This document shows, in pieces, positions 51,671 to 64,000 of a stretch of 64,000 nucleotides of DNA. The notes beneath the pieces were generated by a model that saw only the letters and a list, made by a program, of their open reading frames with translations, was not told the DNA's origin and ran no database searches. Location: positions 67,954,001 through 68,018,000 of the forward strand of contig CM059438.1 of NCBI GenBank assembly GCA_030390025.1. Reading direction: 5' to 3'. Position 1 is the stretch's first letter, and each line of letters begins with the position of its first letter. Origin of the DNA: Squalus acanthias. Taxonomy: Eukaryota. The position numbers were made by a program, and so were the translations under genes.

Positions 51671-51816
51671 AACTAATTTTTTAAAATCTGCCACTTGGAG
51701 TTGTAATGGAAAAGAAAACTTCTGTTTATGTAGACTTTTTACATCTTAAGGAATTCTCAAAGCACTTCACATCCACTACACTATTTTCAAGTCACTTATG
51801 TAGGCAAATAGACAAT

Positions 51817-52568
51817 GGGCCAAAAATTCGGCCCTTCCCGCTCTGTACTCACCTGTATTGCTTCCCGAAGTGCCGGTTTCCTGCATGCACTGCGCATGCG
51901 CGGGAAACCGGAACTTCCGGTCTGGTGAAGGGGGCGGTTCCTAGGTGAACCGCATGCGCAGGTAGAGGCTGCGCGCACGCAGCACACTTAGATTTTTTTT
52001 CAGGTTTCTACGCGAGGGTAAGTAGTGAAGATTCTATGCTATACAAAAGGAGGCGCAGGACCCATTTTCAACAAGGTAAGTGGTTAATTAAGTATAATTA
52101 AAAAAAATTTCAACAGGTTTCTCTTTTTCAGATACTTTAAAGAAAGGTAAGTTTATCTTTATCACTTTTAAAAAGTATTTTAATTTTTTCAAAAATTTTA
52201 ATTTTTCTTTGAAGTAGTTAATTTATTTAACTATAGTTATTTTATAAATGTGATGGTTTTTAAAAAAAATTATTTTAAGTTTAGCTGTTCTTTTGGGGCT
52301 GATTTCAATTCACAGATTTGACAGGTCTCCTGTCAAATCTATGAATGAAAGATGGTCTGCTGCCATTGGCTCTCCATGGCCCACGTGATCCCAGGGGTCG
52401 CATCGCACTAACTGCGCCCCTGGAACACGCAAGCACTGCGCGCCGGCACTTGGAGCAGGCCCAGGACCCGAAGTTCCCGTGGGCCCAAAACACAACGGCA
52501 GGCGCGGTAGGTAAGAGCGCACGCGATCCTTACCCCCGCGACAAGCCGGAGAGGCGAATTTCTGGGCC
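51817..52568. mobile_element. Harbinger-type MITE family M1, copy 2 (opposite orientation)
   Basis: GGGCCAAAAATT ... AATTTCTGGGCC with perfect 3-bp TSD AAT (51814-51816 / 52569-52571). Confidence 0.88.
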
Positions 52569-52669
52569 AATAAAGAATCAGGGACATTTAAAATGCAATC
52601 TGATGTTATGGGAGAGAGTTCTGCTTTTGAAGGGATGTGTTTCAATGAAGCAAATGGCCTTTTCTCATA

Positions 52670-52883
52670 CAAAAGCAAAATACTGCGGATGCTGGAAATC
52701 TGAAATAAAAACAGAAAATGCTGGAAATACTCAGCAGGTCAGGCAGCATCTGTGGAGAGGGAAACAGAGTTAACATTTCAGGTCGATGAAAGGTTTTGAC
52801 GAATGTTCATCGACCTGAAACGTTAACTCTGTTTCTCTCTCCACAGATGCTGCCTGACCTGCTGAGTATTTCCAGCATTTTCT
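52670..52883. mobile_element. Penelope-like terminal repeats in inverted arrangement (78-bp arms)
   Basis: 52713-52790 is the near-perfect reverse complement of 52806-52883. Confidence 0.75.
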
Positions 52884-53299
52884 CATGTTGAGTTAAGCTC
52901 TTTTGACTCTAATCTAGTGCACAATGTTCTCTCCCTCCTCTCCATCAATGGTGGCAGAGGCTTCAGCCCCTGTCCCTCTGCATTCTGGAATTATCTTCCT
53001 AAACTTCTTTGCATTGTTATCTCTATCCCCATCTTTTTTAATACTTGCTCAACCTTTCTTCTTCAACCATGCCTTGGGTCACTTACCCTAACTTGTCCCC
53101 TACTTCATGCCCAGTGACCGCCGCTCTTCCTATAAAGCACCTTGTGATGATAAATTATAAATGTAAAATGTTAAGTGGGGAGAATTGGAAGTGGAAATGC
53201 ATATAAAACAGGAGGTGATGAGCACAACCACAGCATCTATACATTTCTCCAGTGAGAAGATGGAATTTGCAGATGACAGGAATGTGCACTGTATGAGTA

Positions 53300-54050
53300 A
53301 TCTGTGCCAAATCAATAGGTTGTAGATTGATCTGGACAAGTTAGGTGAATGGACCTGTGCGCGTCCTTTAATGTGGACAAATGTACTGTTCGACATTTGG
53401 GGTTGGAAAACTCCAGATATTGAGGGGTGCATATTCAGAGTGATAGATCAGCAAACAAACTTGTGTGTAACTAGTGATTATGTACACCAAAAGCGTGATG
53501 TAGCTATAGGGGGAGTGCATTTGAGCTTCAAAGCGCATAGTTAGGACCATTAAATATAAAATAAAGAGCACTATCCTTAGGCTATGTAAGGCTTAGTCCA
53601 TCCAGACTTGGAATTCTGACTCCAGTTTAGGCCCCACAATTGGACAATGATATTGAGGATCTGAAGAAGATGTAGAAAAGGGTGACGAGAATGATAGCCA
53701 GCCTAATGGCTCTTAGTTATGAGGATAAACTTTATGGATTACTTACTTAAGATAAATGAAGGCTTAGAGAGGATAAGATTGATGCTTTTGAAATGATGAA
53801 GGGATTAGACTCCGACTGGTCATTTGAGACAGATGGAGAAGGTGGGCCTGGATGTGTTTCTAAATGTCTTAGGCAAGAGCTAGGTTAGATGCCAGGAGTA
53901 TTTTCAGAGAGTCATCATCCTCTGGAACAGCCTCCCTGAACATGGATACGCTGTGTTCCTTTAAAAGGGAGCTGGGCAGATGCCTGAGTCAAGAGGACAT
54001 TTCTCGTCAGAGAGGGCAAGCTGTTAGTATTTGCAGTTGTGAAACATTTT
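53300..54050 (+). mobile_element. Highly degenerate CR1-type LINE fragment
   Basis: Traces of the CR1 C-terminal region (atttgcagatgac just upstream; ggcttagagaggataagattga; ctctggaacagcctccc). Confidence 0.5.
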
Positions 54051-57000
54051 GGGTATTGCAGTCTGCTGGCACCTTGCTTGATTGCTTTAGGGAGTCAGTG
54101 CGGAATTTTTCCTGAATTGGCTGTAAGGGTTTTTTCTTCCTCTTCTCGCCTCACCCAGGAAGTTGTGCGGTTAGGCAATGGGTCAATGGTGTGCATGGTT
54201 GAACCATGTCTGGGTGGACTAGGTTGCCTGGAGCTGGTGGTGTTCTCCAGCCCTTCTTTTCACATATTCTTACGGCATGGCCCGTAATCCTCCGGCTGAA
54301 TAGCTGAATCATACGGTGTGTGCAGGATTCCCGTTAAGTGATTCATAGGAAAACACATTCTAAAATTTGGTCTCTGCAGATGTCATTCCAGCAGCAATGC
54401 TGCAGCAGTGAGCACTCCAGTTTAGGAGAAATCATGTGAATAGCAGTCAAGGTGGTGGTTTTTCAGCATAAGTTAACTCGGAATAATAACAAACAAGTCA
54501 AACGTTTTGCTATTTCAGGAGCATAGGACTGGAATTGTAATGTTTTTGCGATTTACTTAGGCAGCAATTAACTTTTGATATTAAACATGAGAATTCACCA
54601 TTGGGGTGAAAATCAAAATATATTTGCATAATATTTCTCTCTCTACTATTTTAACAAAGGTGTTAACACAATTAAAATCGCTTCCAGACTTGATCCCATT
54701 ACTTCTATCTCTTATTTATTCTCCTTTTGGTCCCTCTTTCTTGTCTTCTTCCCTTCCTGTCACCTGATCATGCCACCTTTAAATTCTTCCATTTTGGATG
54801 CTTTGCCCCCCTCCCAATCCCTACTCCACTATTCCTCCACTATTCCATAACCCATCACTATTCCTCCACTATCCCAGGCTTGAATCTCCACTACCGGGTT
54901 CCAAATTTTCTGGGTGTTCTTAGTCAATGCTGGAAAGCAATCAGAACATCCAACATGCGAGGGAGATCATCATATAGACATGTTTTTCTCGATGTTTCAT
55001 CTCCCCAGGTCAGATCATCATATAGACATGTTTTTCTCGATGTTTCCTCTCCCAGGGTCTCGACTCTCAGGAGGAAACCAGGCAACTGAGGAAATGTCAA
55101 CCAGTGGCTCCACTGGAAATAATGCAGTGTCCTTTAATATCCTGAATAATGAAGGGAAAGGGGACATTCAGTATCAAACAAGTACATCATAGATCCTAAC
55201 TGATTGCTTCCATCTTAGGTGCCTCCTGATCAGCACACCTGTCTGACCAGCAGAGGAGATATCTAAGCTGGGGGCTTCTTTGAAGAGGGAAAACAAGACT
55301 GCAATGAAAAGTATAACTTGTAAAGGTTAGAATGTTTTTCCAAAAGCACTAACACATGAGAAAGGTGGGAGATCTATTCTTCATTCTCCGCCAAGAAGCA
55401 AATGCTCTTGTTGGTGATTTCTGGGAGTGATGTTGCTCTGGTAAGTTTATTATGTCACTAGGTATCTAACTTTCTGATATTCCCCCATGTTAGTCATAGA
55501 GAGCAACACTGCAACTTGCTGATTAATGAGGGGGAGGATTTTTTAATTCATTCTCAGGATATGGCTATCGCTAGCAAGGCCAGCATTTATTACCCATCCC
55601 TTGTTGCCCGTGAGAAGGTAGTGGTGAGCCTGCTTCTTGAACCACTGCAGTCTGCGTGATGAAGGTGCTCCCACGGTGCTGTTAGGTAGGGAGTTGGAGG
55701 ATTTTGACCCAGCGACGATGAAGGAACGGCGATATATCTCCAAGTCAGCATGGTGTGTGACTTGGAGGGGAAGTGGGGTGTTAGTAATATGACCTGCCAC
55801 CTTCAAAGTAAATTAAGTGCATTTTTGCTTGTTGTTCCAGATGGCACAGGGGAAGCTGGTATTATCTCAGCTTCTTGGACCACTATAGCCATAATTATGC
55901 CCTGTGGTTGTATTTTGAGTGGGGCAGCAGTGCAAGAAGAAGGAAAATGCTTAATTATATCCAATTATTTTTCTTAAGATGACAAAAAGACATTTACTGC
56001 ATGAGTGATATTCGGAGCCATTGGTTCCCCAATGGGGGTGGCTGTAAAAAAAATGGCTGACACTGCACATGAAGTCCACTCCATTTCTCAAAGTCTGGGC
56101 CATTGTTTCCCGTTGCCAAGAAACCCCCAAAATAAACAGAATGCATGTTGTCACCACGGCAACATCCGGCAGGCTGTTTACAACCCATTGTTAACTGTGA
56201 GTCTTCTTGTCTGTCACATTTTTTTGTTGAAGATTCTGTCCTGGTTATTGAAAATACAACACTGGTTTAATAATTCTGGTGTGGCAATAAATTATTTGCT
56301 TAATCGTGTGGTACAGAATGCCATATTAAATAATTCAGTAGTCTTTCACAGAAGCTGATGTCCAGAATTAATTTTAAGTATTTATTCAATTTTGACAAGC
56401 CAAGAAATTGATATTCCTTCTAACAGTGACAAATATTGACTGTGAGTATACAGTAAATTGGGGGAAAACATGAAGATCCTGAAAATCACATACAGGTTTT
56501 GGATAAGTATTGTAGCCTTAAACAGGGTAGATAATATCTGCCAAATTCTGAAATGCTCTATGCATAGCATTACTGAATGGCAATAGTGGAATATATAGGT
56601 TAACCCACTGACTGATATGAAAGAAAGAATGAATTGCATTTAAATAGCACCTTTCACGACCTCAGGATGTCCCAAAGCACTTTACAGCCAATTAAGTATA
56701 TTTTTTTGATGTGGGGTGAGTTTAACCAGGCTGGCTGGTTGATGTTACCTTCACTGCTCTAAGGAGAACAATACCAACTTCTCCAGTCCCTCCACATAAC
56801 TGAAGTCCCTCATCTCTGGAGAATTCTCGTAAATCTCCCCCTCCAATGCCTTGACATCCTTCCTAAAATGTAGTGCCCAGAATTCGACACAATGCTTTAG
56901 TTTTTTTTAACACTCTTATCAACTTGTCCTGCCACCTTCAAAGATTTGTCTTTGTGAACCCCCAGGTCACTCTGTTCCTGCACCCCTTTTAAAATTGTGT

Positions 57001-58929
57001 CATTTAGTTCATATTGCCTCTCCTCGTTCTTCCTTCCAAAATGTATCACTTCACATTTCTCCGCATTAAATTTACACTAAATATTCCAAGGCTGTTTCTG
57101 AGTGATCCTTGTGTCCTAGCCAAGATTCTGCCTTCAATTAATACTGTCAGATCAACAGATTCAATGATCTTTCATACCATTGATGTTCATGGGGCATGAC
57201 TGGTACAGATTGGCTGCTACATTGGCCAAAAGTCACTCAATTTCATAAGCAATTCCTGCAATGTCTTGATGTGATTAGGCACTATATAAATTCAAATGTT
57301 ACACATAAATAGGAATTTGTTCAAGATTAGTTTTCCATCATTTACCATAATCAAGAGTTGTCTGTTCAATTCATGTTGGTGCAGTCCACCTGGACTCTTG
57401 TCTTAACTGTGCTAGCTTTGTGTTCTGTCATAGAACCATTATTGTTTCTGCAGCTTTAATTTGGTTCCTTCAAATGCAAATAATTCTTAACTCAGTTTCC
57501 AGTTATTAAAGATAAACTACTTATAGCTCTAGTTATCTATAATCCGATTGGCTGCAGCAGTGGCCAAAAGTCACTGTACTCCATAAGTAATTCCTTCAAT
57601 GCCTTGATGTGATTAGGCACTATATAAATTCTAATGTTACGTGGAAATAGGAATTTGTTCAGGATTAGTTTTTCCTTGTTTTTAATTAAATACAATTTAC
57701 TTTGGAGATTTATTTAAAAAATCTAGCATGTTAAATCTTTCCAAGTTTCAAATTTTACTTTCATTAAGATCGTTCCAGATACAGTTCAGTTAAAATGAAT
57801 TGTGCTTTTTCTCCTGTCAGTTTATCACAAGAGTGTTTTGTTCCTCATTAAGTTACCAGCCAAATAAGAGCATCTGATAAAATAACTTTGAGTGTTGAGT
57901 CTGTTTCACTGTAATGTGCAACATTTGTGAATGCTGTGTGAAGAAATATTAATAGAAATTAAAAGAATGGTGAGTTCGCACAATGACAGTTGAATCGCAG
58001 AGCAGTCCAAGTGATCATCATAAGGGTAAAGGAAGGCATCATTTTAATTTCTCTTCTCCCATTTTACAAATGTACTGACGCTGTTGACTAGTCTTTGTTC
58101 AATGGCCAGATGTGTGATAGCAAACTTATTAGTTTGTCCCTCGAGTTCTATCGCTGGTCTCGCTAGTGGCCATGCCACTGGCAATTGTTTCTAATGCTTC
58201 TGTTAGTGTCCCTTCCACAGTCCCCAGTGTAATACCATAACAAGGCTTCAACTCGTAAATCAATTCCTGCAGTTAAAGCACGCCTTTATCTTCCTGCAAA
58301 AAGATATTCTGTTACTGATCTTAGCAGTAGGTAGGAATTTTGGCATCCCATCTTGTATTGGCTAAATTGTTCAGCGGGAATATTGTAATAGATTGGTGCA
58401 ATCGTATTTTTAAAAGGGACCCAGAGCGTCAATGTCTCCTTGGTAAATCGTACACTTTGCACGTCTTGTCCCTGCAGAAATACTCCTGCTCGTGAAGGAT
58501 CAGATTGAACGGACTATCTCCACTACACAGGCTCTATTTCAATATTTCCTACTGTAACAGCAGCAACTGATGGAGGTGCAGTAAATTGCGAACTTTTGAT
58601 GTCCTTGCTTGCGAACCTTCAGCCCCACATGGCTGGTGTCCTTCCTCACCGAAGCCGTGAATCTAGGCCCCTGTTATTAGTTGCAACAGCCTCAGGAGAT
58701 GGCTTTCCATAATCGATAAGATAAATTTCCCCACTGGGACAAGGGAACTCCTACAGAAAGAAAATTAAAAAAAAAATATTCTCAGGATGTGGGTGTTGCT
58801 GACAAGGCTGGCATTTATTGCCCATCTCTAGTTGGCCTGAGAAGGTGGAGGCAGGCTGACCTCTTGAACTGCAGCCATGTAGCAGCAGTGGTTCTTGGGG
58901 AAGAATTAGTGGAGGAACTAGAAATTATA

Positions 58930-59970
58930 AGCTCTAATTAGACTGCATCTGGAGCACTGTGTTGGGCACAGTTCTGGGCACCGCACCTCGGGAAGGATAT
59001 ATTGGCCTTGGAGGGGGTGCAGCGCAGATTCACCAGAATGATACCGGGGCTAAAACGGTTAAATTATGGGGACAGGTTGCTTAGACTAGGCTTGTATTCC
59101 CTTGAGTATAGAAGATTAAAGGTTGATCTAATTGAGGTGGTTAAGATGATTAAATGATTGGATAGGGTAGATAGAAAGAAACTATTTCCTCTGGTGCAGG
59201 TGTCCAGAATAAGAGGGCATAACATTAAAATTAGAGCGAGGCTGTTTTTTTTTATTCGTTTATGGGATGTGGGTGTCGCTGGCAAAGTCAGCATTTATTG
59301 CCCATCCCTAATTGCCCTTGAGAAGGTGGTGGTGAGTCGCCTTCTTGAACTGTTCAGGGGTGATGTCAGGAAGCACTTCTTCACACAAAGGGTAGTGAAA
59401 ATTTCGAACTCTCTCACAAAAAGCTGTTGAGCTCGACCAATTGAAAATTTCTAAACTAAGATTGATCGATTTTTGTTGGACAAGGATATTCAGGGATATG
59501 GAATCCAGGAGGGTAAATAGGGTTAAGAAACAGGTCAAGCATGATCTAATTGAATGGCAGAACAGGTTCAAGGGGCTGAATGTCCTAAACCTGTTCCTAT
59601 ATATATTTTAGAGTTCTATTGAGAGTGCATGTGTGAACTGGGGAGTGGCCAATGTGATGCTCATTTTCAAACAGGGAGACAGAGCTAACACAAGTAATTA
59701 CAGCCCAGTTAGTTTGTCATCTGTGGTAGGAAACATTTTGGAATCTTCAATTGAGGTTGACATGAATAAATATCTGACTGAAAAAAAATTAGAAAAAGCC
59801 AATAGCGATTTCATAAAGATGATCGTCCTTGACAAATCTGATAGAGTTCTTTGAGGAAGTGACGGATATGCTGAATTGGGGAAGTGCAGTGAATGTGGTG
59901 GATTTGGACATTCAGAAAGCCTTTGATAAGGTACCACGTCTGAGACTATTGGAGAAAATGAAGGGGTGCG
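58930..59970 (+). mobile_element. CR1 fragments: a 3' end (58930-59600) with a nested family-B piece, and an RT fragment (59630-59970)
   Basis: gagggggtgcagcgcagattcaccagaatg; HFFTQRVV; TNLIEFFEEVT...DIQKAFDKVP. Confidence 0.8.
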
Positions 59971-59974
59971 CTGT

Positions 59975-60290
59975 GCAGGCTTCGATCTGTTCCACGGGAG
60001 ACGCAGCCCAAGAGGCCCAGCGGGTTAAGTTTGAAAGAATTTTTGTGGGGCCCGGAAGAACTGGCGTACTTCTCCGTGCCGTTCAAAAAATAATATGGGC
60101 TGCTACTGCTCCAGGACCGTCCCCCACTCTGCAATTTAGAACCCCCCCCTCCCACCAACCCCGCACCCCCACCCGCCACCGCACATACCTTGCTGGTGGC
60201 CGGTGCTGAAATTGGCCAGCCTTAAGCTGCCCTCCTCGTCGCGGGTATGGCCGACCAGCCGGCACGTTGGCCAAAGGTCAAAATCTGCCC
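59975..60290. mobile_element. GC-rich Harbinger-type MITE remnant
   Basis: Abrupt GC/CpG-rich block ending AAAATCTGCCCC, similar to the other Harbinger termini; left end unclear. Confidence 0.45.
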
Positions 60291-60829
60291 CAGTAGCTTT
60301 TCTACTATCAGTTTTGTTCCCGGTCTCATCCAACAAGCAAAACTCCCCTGGCGTTCTATGTTCCTGTGACATTTGCACTTTCCCGCTAGCTGTATTTTAT
60401 TTTCTAATCAATAATAATGTATCTTTTCCACAAAATTTGGAGCAAAGTAAAAGTCATCTTTTAAATGAAGCACAAATTCACGACAAAAATCAGTTATGTT
60501 CCATTTATATTGGAGCGATGTCAAGTGGGCAGCAATGAGCTGAAAATAGTTTTACTATCCTGACGCAGTTGCCCATTTCTTGTGCGTCTGAGAGTGACCT
60601 TTTCCGTTCCATGCTAAATTATTCACAGAAGTTGTGTTCACAAATAACAGTAACAGGCTCCGTGAGTTCTCTTGACAAACAACACAAGTCAGTTTGCTGT
60701 TACAATCTATTGCGGCTATTTCCACTCCTAAAACCATATCCAACTCTATTAACTCTTCCAGCCAACAAATAAACCCACCTTAATTTCACTTCAGTGTTTT
60801 TTTTACTCCTTTTTCCTATGCTTGTTCTG

Positions 60830-61090
60830 GGTATGGTCAAGGACATGACCAGAGGGGAGATGCAAATTTTTTACGAAGTGAGTTGTTGTGATCTGGAATT
60901 CATTACCTGAAAGGGTGGTGGAAGCAGATTCTATGGTAACTTTCAAAAGCGAATTAGATATATCTATTGGATATATACAGGGCTATGGGGAAAGAGCAGG
61001 GGAGTGGAACTAATTGGATAGCTCTATCAAAGAGCCGGCACAGGCACGATGGGCTGAATGATCTCCTCCTGTGCTGTGAGTTTCTATGAT
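60830..61090 (+). mobile_element. CR1 3' fragment
   Basis: accagaggggagatg...tggaattcattacctgaaagggtggtggaagcag...tttctatgattct tail. Confidence 0.75.
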
Positions 61091-62181
61091 TCTAAGAGAG
61101 TGTGAAAATTCCTCAGAGCAAATGAGGGGATTGTACATCTTGCCAAGCACACACACTGCCTTCTCATGCAATTATCTGGTGTGTTTCTTGCATTGTTTCC
61201 AGTTTCATAAACTCTTTGAGAACGACAATGTCATTAAGATCCATGTTGAGTGCATCCTTCTTACCCAACATGCTACAGGGCTTCAATCAAAGAGTTGATC
61301 AACTGCAGTGATGATTTGGTGTTGATTGATGGGCAGGTAATGGCTTCTGCCTAAATCCCCAACTGATCTCCTGATTCTTACATGGAAAAAGAGACACAAC
61401 CAGCACTGAAGAACTGGCTGTGCTATTCTTAATCAGCAAAATTCCAATTAACCTGCTTCATATCTTCAATATGTCAACACCATTGCATGGATAAAGACGC
61501 ACATAAAACACAACTTAGAACTCAAGGATGATGAACTGAATATTGAGCAAAATTATTCTGTAGTTATTTGTTCTGCAAGAAGAGGCCTTTGAGGCCCAAG
61601 AAGCTTGGAGCAGAATGGGTTAGTTGCGTAAATGACATTGCCTTTCCTTCCATGTTTATGAATTTATATTAACAATATAAAGATAAAGAATAGTTCAATG
61701 AATATTTATTCAATAGCACCAATGCTTCAGTCGGCCCAAGGGTTGAGGAATAATCTGTATTAGGTTAATTTACAAAAACAATACCATAGGCAACTGGGCA
61801 ACAGGCAGCCAGTTAAAGAACTGTGCTCTAAGAAGTACAGATTCTTCCCTCTCCTCGGAGGATAGAATAATCAACAGCTCATGAAGGTGAAAATATCCAT
61901 TCTGCAGTTCGTCGCAGTTAGCTCCCAGGAATACAAATGTTATTAGGATACTCTAAGGACTTCACAAATCTCAGTGTGTCTGCACTATAAATAATGATCA
62001 GCACAGAGGAAATCACCAATGTAAATGTTAATTCAAACATATACTGCTTTGGGTACCATTATGCATCACCATTATTTTTTTTAAATTGCTTTTCAGATAC
62101 TGGCGTACTGTTTTAACTTTTATAATTCCACAATATTACATAATTTAAGTGAAAAGATGAGTCATTTTTAAAACTACACAC

Positions 62182-63884
62182 GGGCCGGAATTTTCTGTAC
62201 CTGGGCGGGTCGGGTGCGGGTGGTCGCTGTGGTGGGTCGCGATCCCGTTCGTCATTCCATCTCGCTCCTGAGATCGACTTTCCCTTAATGGCACCTATTA
62301 AGGCAGCCCTGCGCGTTACCCGGCCCTATTAAATGGTGTGGGTCTGATGACGTCATCGATGACGCGTCTTCAGCCAGGATAATTAAAGAAGCCATGGCCA
62401 CATTGCATGTGAAGGTTCATCTAGGATAGTGCAGGCACTGCACTGGACCATTGGAGTGTTGCAAAGACCAGCAAACATGACTGCACAGAGACAGAGCGCT
62501 GCACCCAGGTTCTCAGATGACTCCCTCCATATGCTTGTGGAGGGAGTGAGAGCACGCAGGGAGGTCCTCTTCTCTTCCGATTGGCAGAAGAGACGTCCCC
62601 ATCAGACCAAAGGAGCCTGGCTCCAAATAGCAGAGGAGGTCAACAGCAGGGATGTTGTCAGGAGGACCTGGGTGCAGTGCTGCAAATGTTTCAATGATCT
62701 CATTAGATCAGGAAAGGTGAGTGCAAAGCCACACTCACCTCATCCTGCTGTGCCTCTCATCACATCCTCATCATTCTGCCTTCCCAACCCAATTCCTGCA
62801 CATCATTACTTACACCAACATACCTTGCACGTCCACCCATCCCTCTCTCTCTATCTACAATATCACATCCCCATCTGACTAACCACCCCTCACACTCACC
62901 CTCATCCTAATGCAATCATACCAACTAACAACACACAAGGAGGGCATTGGCACCACACTCCCTCATAGTCACCCTTTAAAGATGTAACCCACCCATTCCT
63001 TACACTCATTCCATCACTCTCACTCAACCTTCTCTTCTTTCCCTCCTTGCAGGAAAAGAGAGCCCACAATAAGAGGGAGAGGGAGAGAACCGGAGGTGGC
63101 CCTTCATCATTGGCCACCTTAACAGAAGCAGAGGAGGTCGCTCTGGAAGTATCAGGAGTTGCAGAGCAGCCGGCGGTGGGAGACAGAGAGAGGGGGACCT
63201 CTCAGCAACCTGGTGACAGAATTACATCTCATACAGCCACATGGCACACAGCAATCACTCATATGGGGACTGATGTCAGCAGCCAGTGAATGTTCATCAT
63301 GTGCATAATGGTATCTGTACCCATTCCTGATATGACATATCTAACTCTTCTCTTTACTGTCCCACAGGTCTATCAAGAGCACCCCACCCCCACTATCCAG
63401 GAAGAAGTGGAAGACGACTCCTCAAAGGAGCCTCCAGCCTCTGAGGGTGCAACGTCACCAGATAAAAGCGCACCCAGCACCAGTGCAGATACACACATCT
63501 TGGTGGGTGTAACGTGAGATAGAGTAGTGTTGTCACCTGGTGTCTCACAACTCACAAGTGAGTAAGAGCAGATGGTGGAGACAGGGACAGCAGTGGAGAC
63601 TCCTCGCCGGAGGGTGCAGGACTCTCCCAGCTCTGCTCAGCTGCATGCAGACGCTGAGCCTCGGGGGCCATCCAGAAAGAGGGCGATCTTGGAGGTCCAG
63701 CAAGAAGTGCAGGAGGCTTCAACAGGTTTTGCAACCACGATGCCTGCAAATGTGCAGAGAATGGAGGAGTTCATCTCCAACGTGAGCACCACCGTGTCGC
63801 AGACGATGGTGACTGTAGGCTCCTTCCATGGATAGGATGGGCACCTGCATGGAGCAGCTAATGCGCCACTCACAGGAACACATG
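62182..63884 (+). mobile_element. Harbinger DNA transposon, Myb/SANT-gene end
   Basis: Terminus GGGCCGGAATTTTC at 62182, GC-rich subterminal region and a downstream Myb/SANT gene; interrupted at 63885 by a MITE. Confidence 0.8.
62477..63835 (+). pseudogene. Harbinger Myb/SANT-like DNA-binding protein gene (3 exons: 62477-62716, 63053-63212, 63368-), exon 3 disrupted
   Basis: APRFSDDSLHMLVEGV...AWLQIAEEVN...RTWVQCCKCFNDL|EKRAHNKRERERTGGGP is a trihelix/Myb-SANT signature. Splice sites AAG|gtgagt, ttgcag|GAA, CTG|gtgaca, ccacag|GT; frameshift and stops in exon 3. Confidence 0.8.
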
Positions 63885-64000
63885 GGCCCAAAAATTAGTC
63901 TTGCTCCGCGAGAGTACGCACTGTGTACTCTCGCGTATTCTGTCTCCAATTGCCGGTTTTCTGCATGCACTGCGCATGCGCTGAAAACCGGCACTTGGTG
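63885..64000. mobile_element. MITE family M1-related end, copy 3 (truncated by window edge)
   Basis: GGCCCAAAAATT terminus and tgccggttttctgcatgcactgcgcatgcg shared with 51817-51910. Confidence 0.75.

Noticed and set aside
58000..58750. Unique-looking sequence with splice-acceptor-like sites on both strands
   Set aside because: Only short frames (under 40 aa) with no homology I can recognise.
1..64000. One giant Harbinger with transposase at the left edge and Myb gene at the right edge
   Set aside because: The termini at 1052 and 62182 face outward and differ in sequence, so these are two separate elements each extending out of the window.

Overview
Repeat-dominated vertebrate genomic DNA with no recognisable host protein-coding gene. 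The repeat set (HE1-type V-SINE, many DeuSINE/SacSINE1-type SINEs, CR1 and L2 LINEs, Harbinger elements) points to an elasmobranch (shark/ray); this is an inference. The most informative object is a full-length Ingi/Vingi-type LINE (23785-29728, minus strand, perfect 12-bp TSD). Its first 76 nt fold into an HDV-like ribozyme pseudoknot that overlaps the ORF start codon, and the element is interrupted by two different solo LTRs (1654 bp and 1127 bp). Also present are a third short solo LTR inside an L2, Penelope-type repeats with minimal hammerhead cores, and an open Harbinger transposase 5' ORF running off the left edge. A spliced but decayed Harbinger Myb/SANT gene lies at the right edge. The rest comprises several MITEs, a tRNA-Val(TAC) pseudogene, two minisatellites and many nested insertions. 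Family names come from motif recognition, not database searches, and boundaries of old fragments are approximate.
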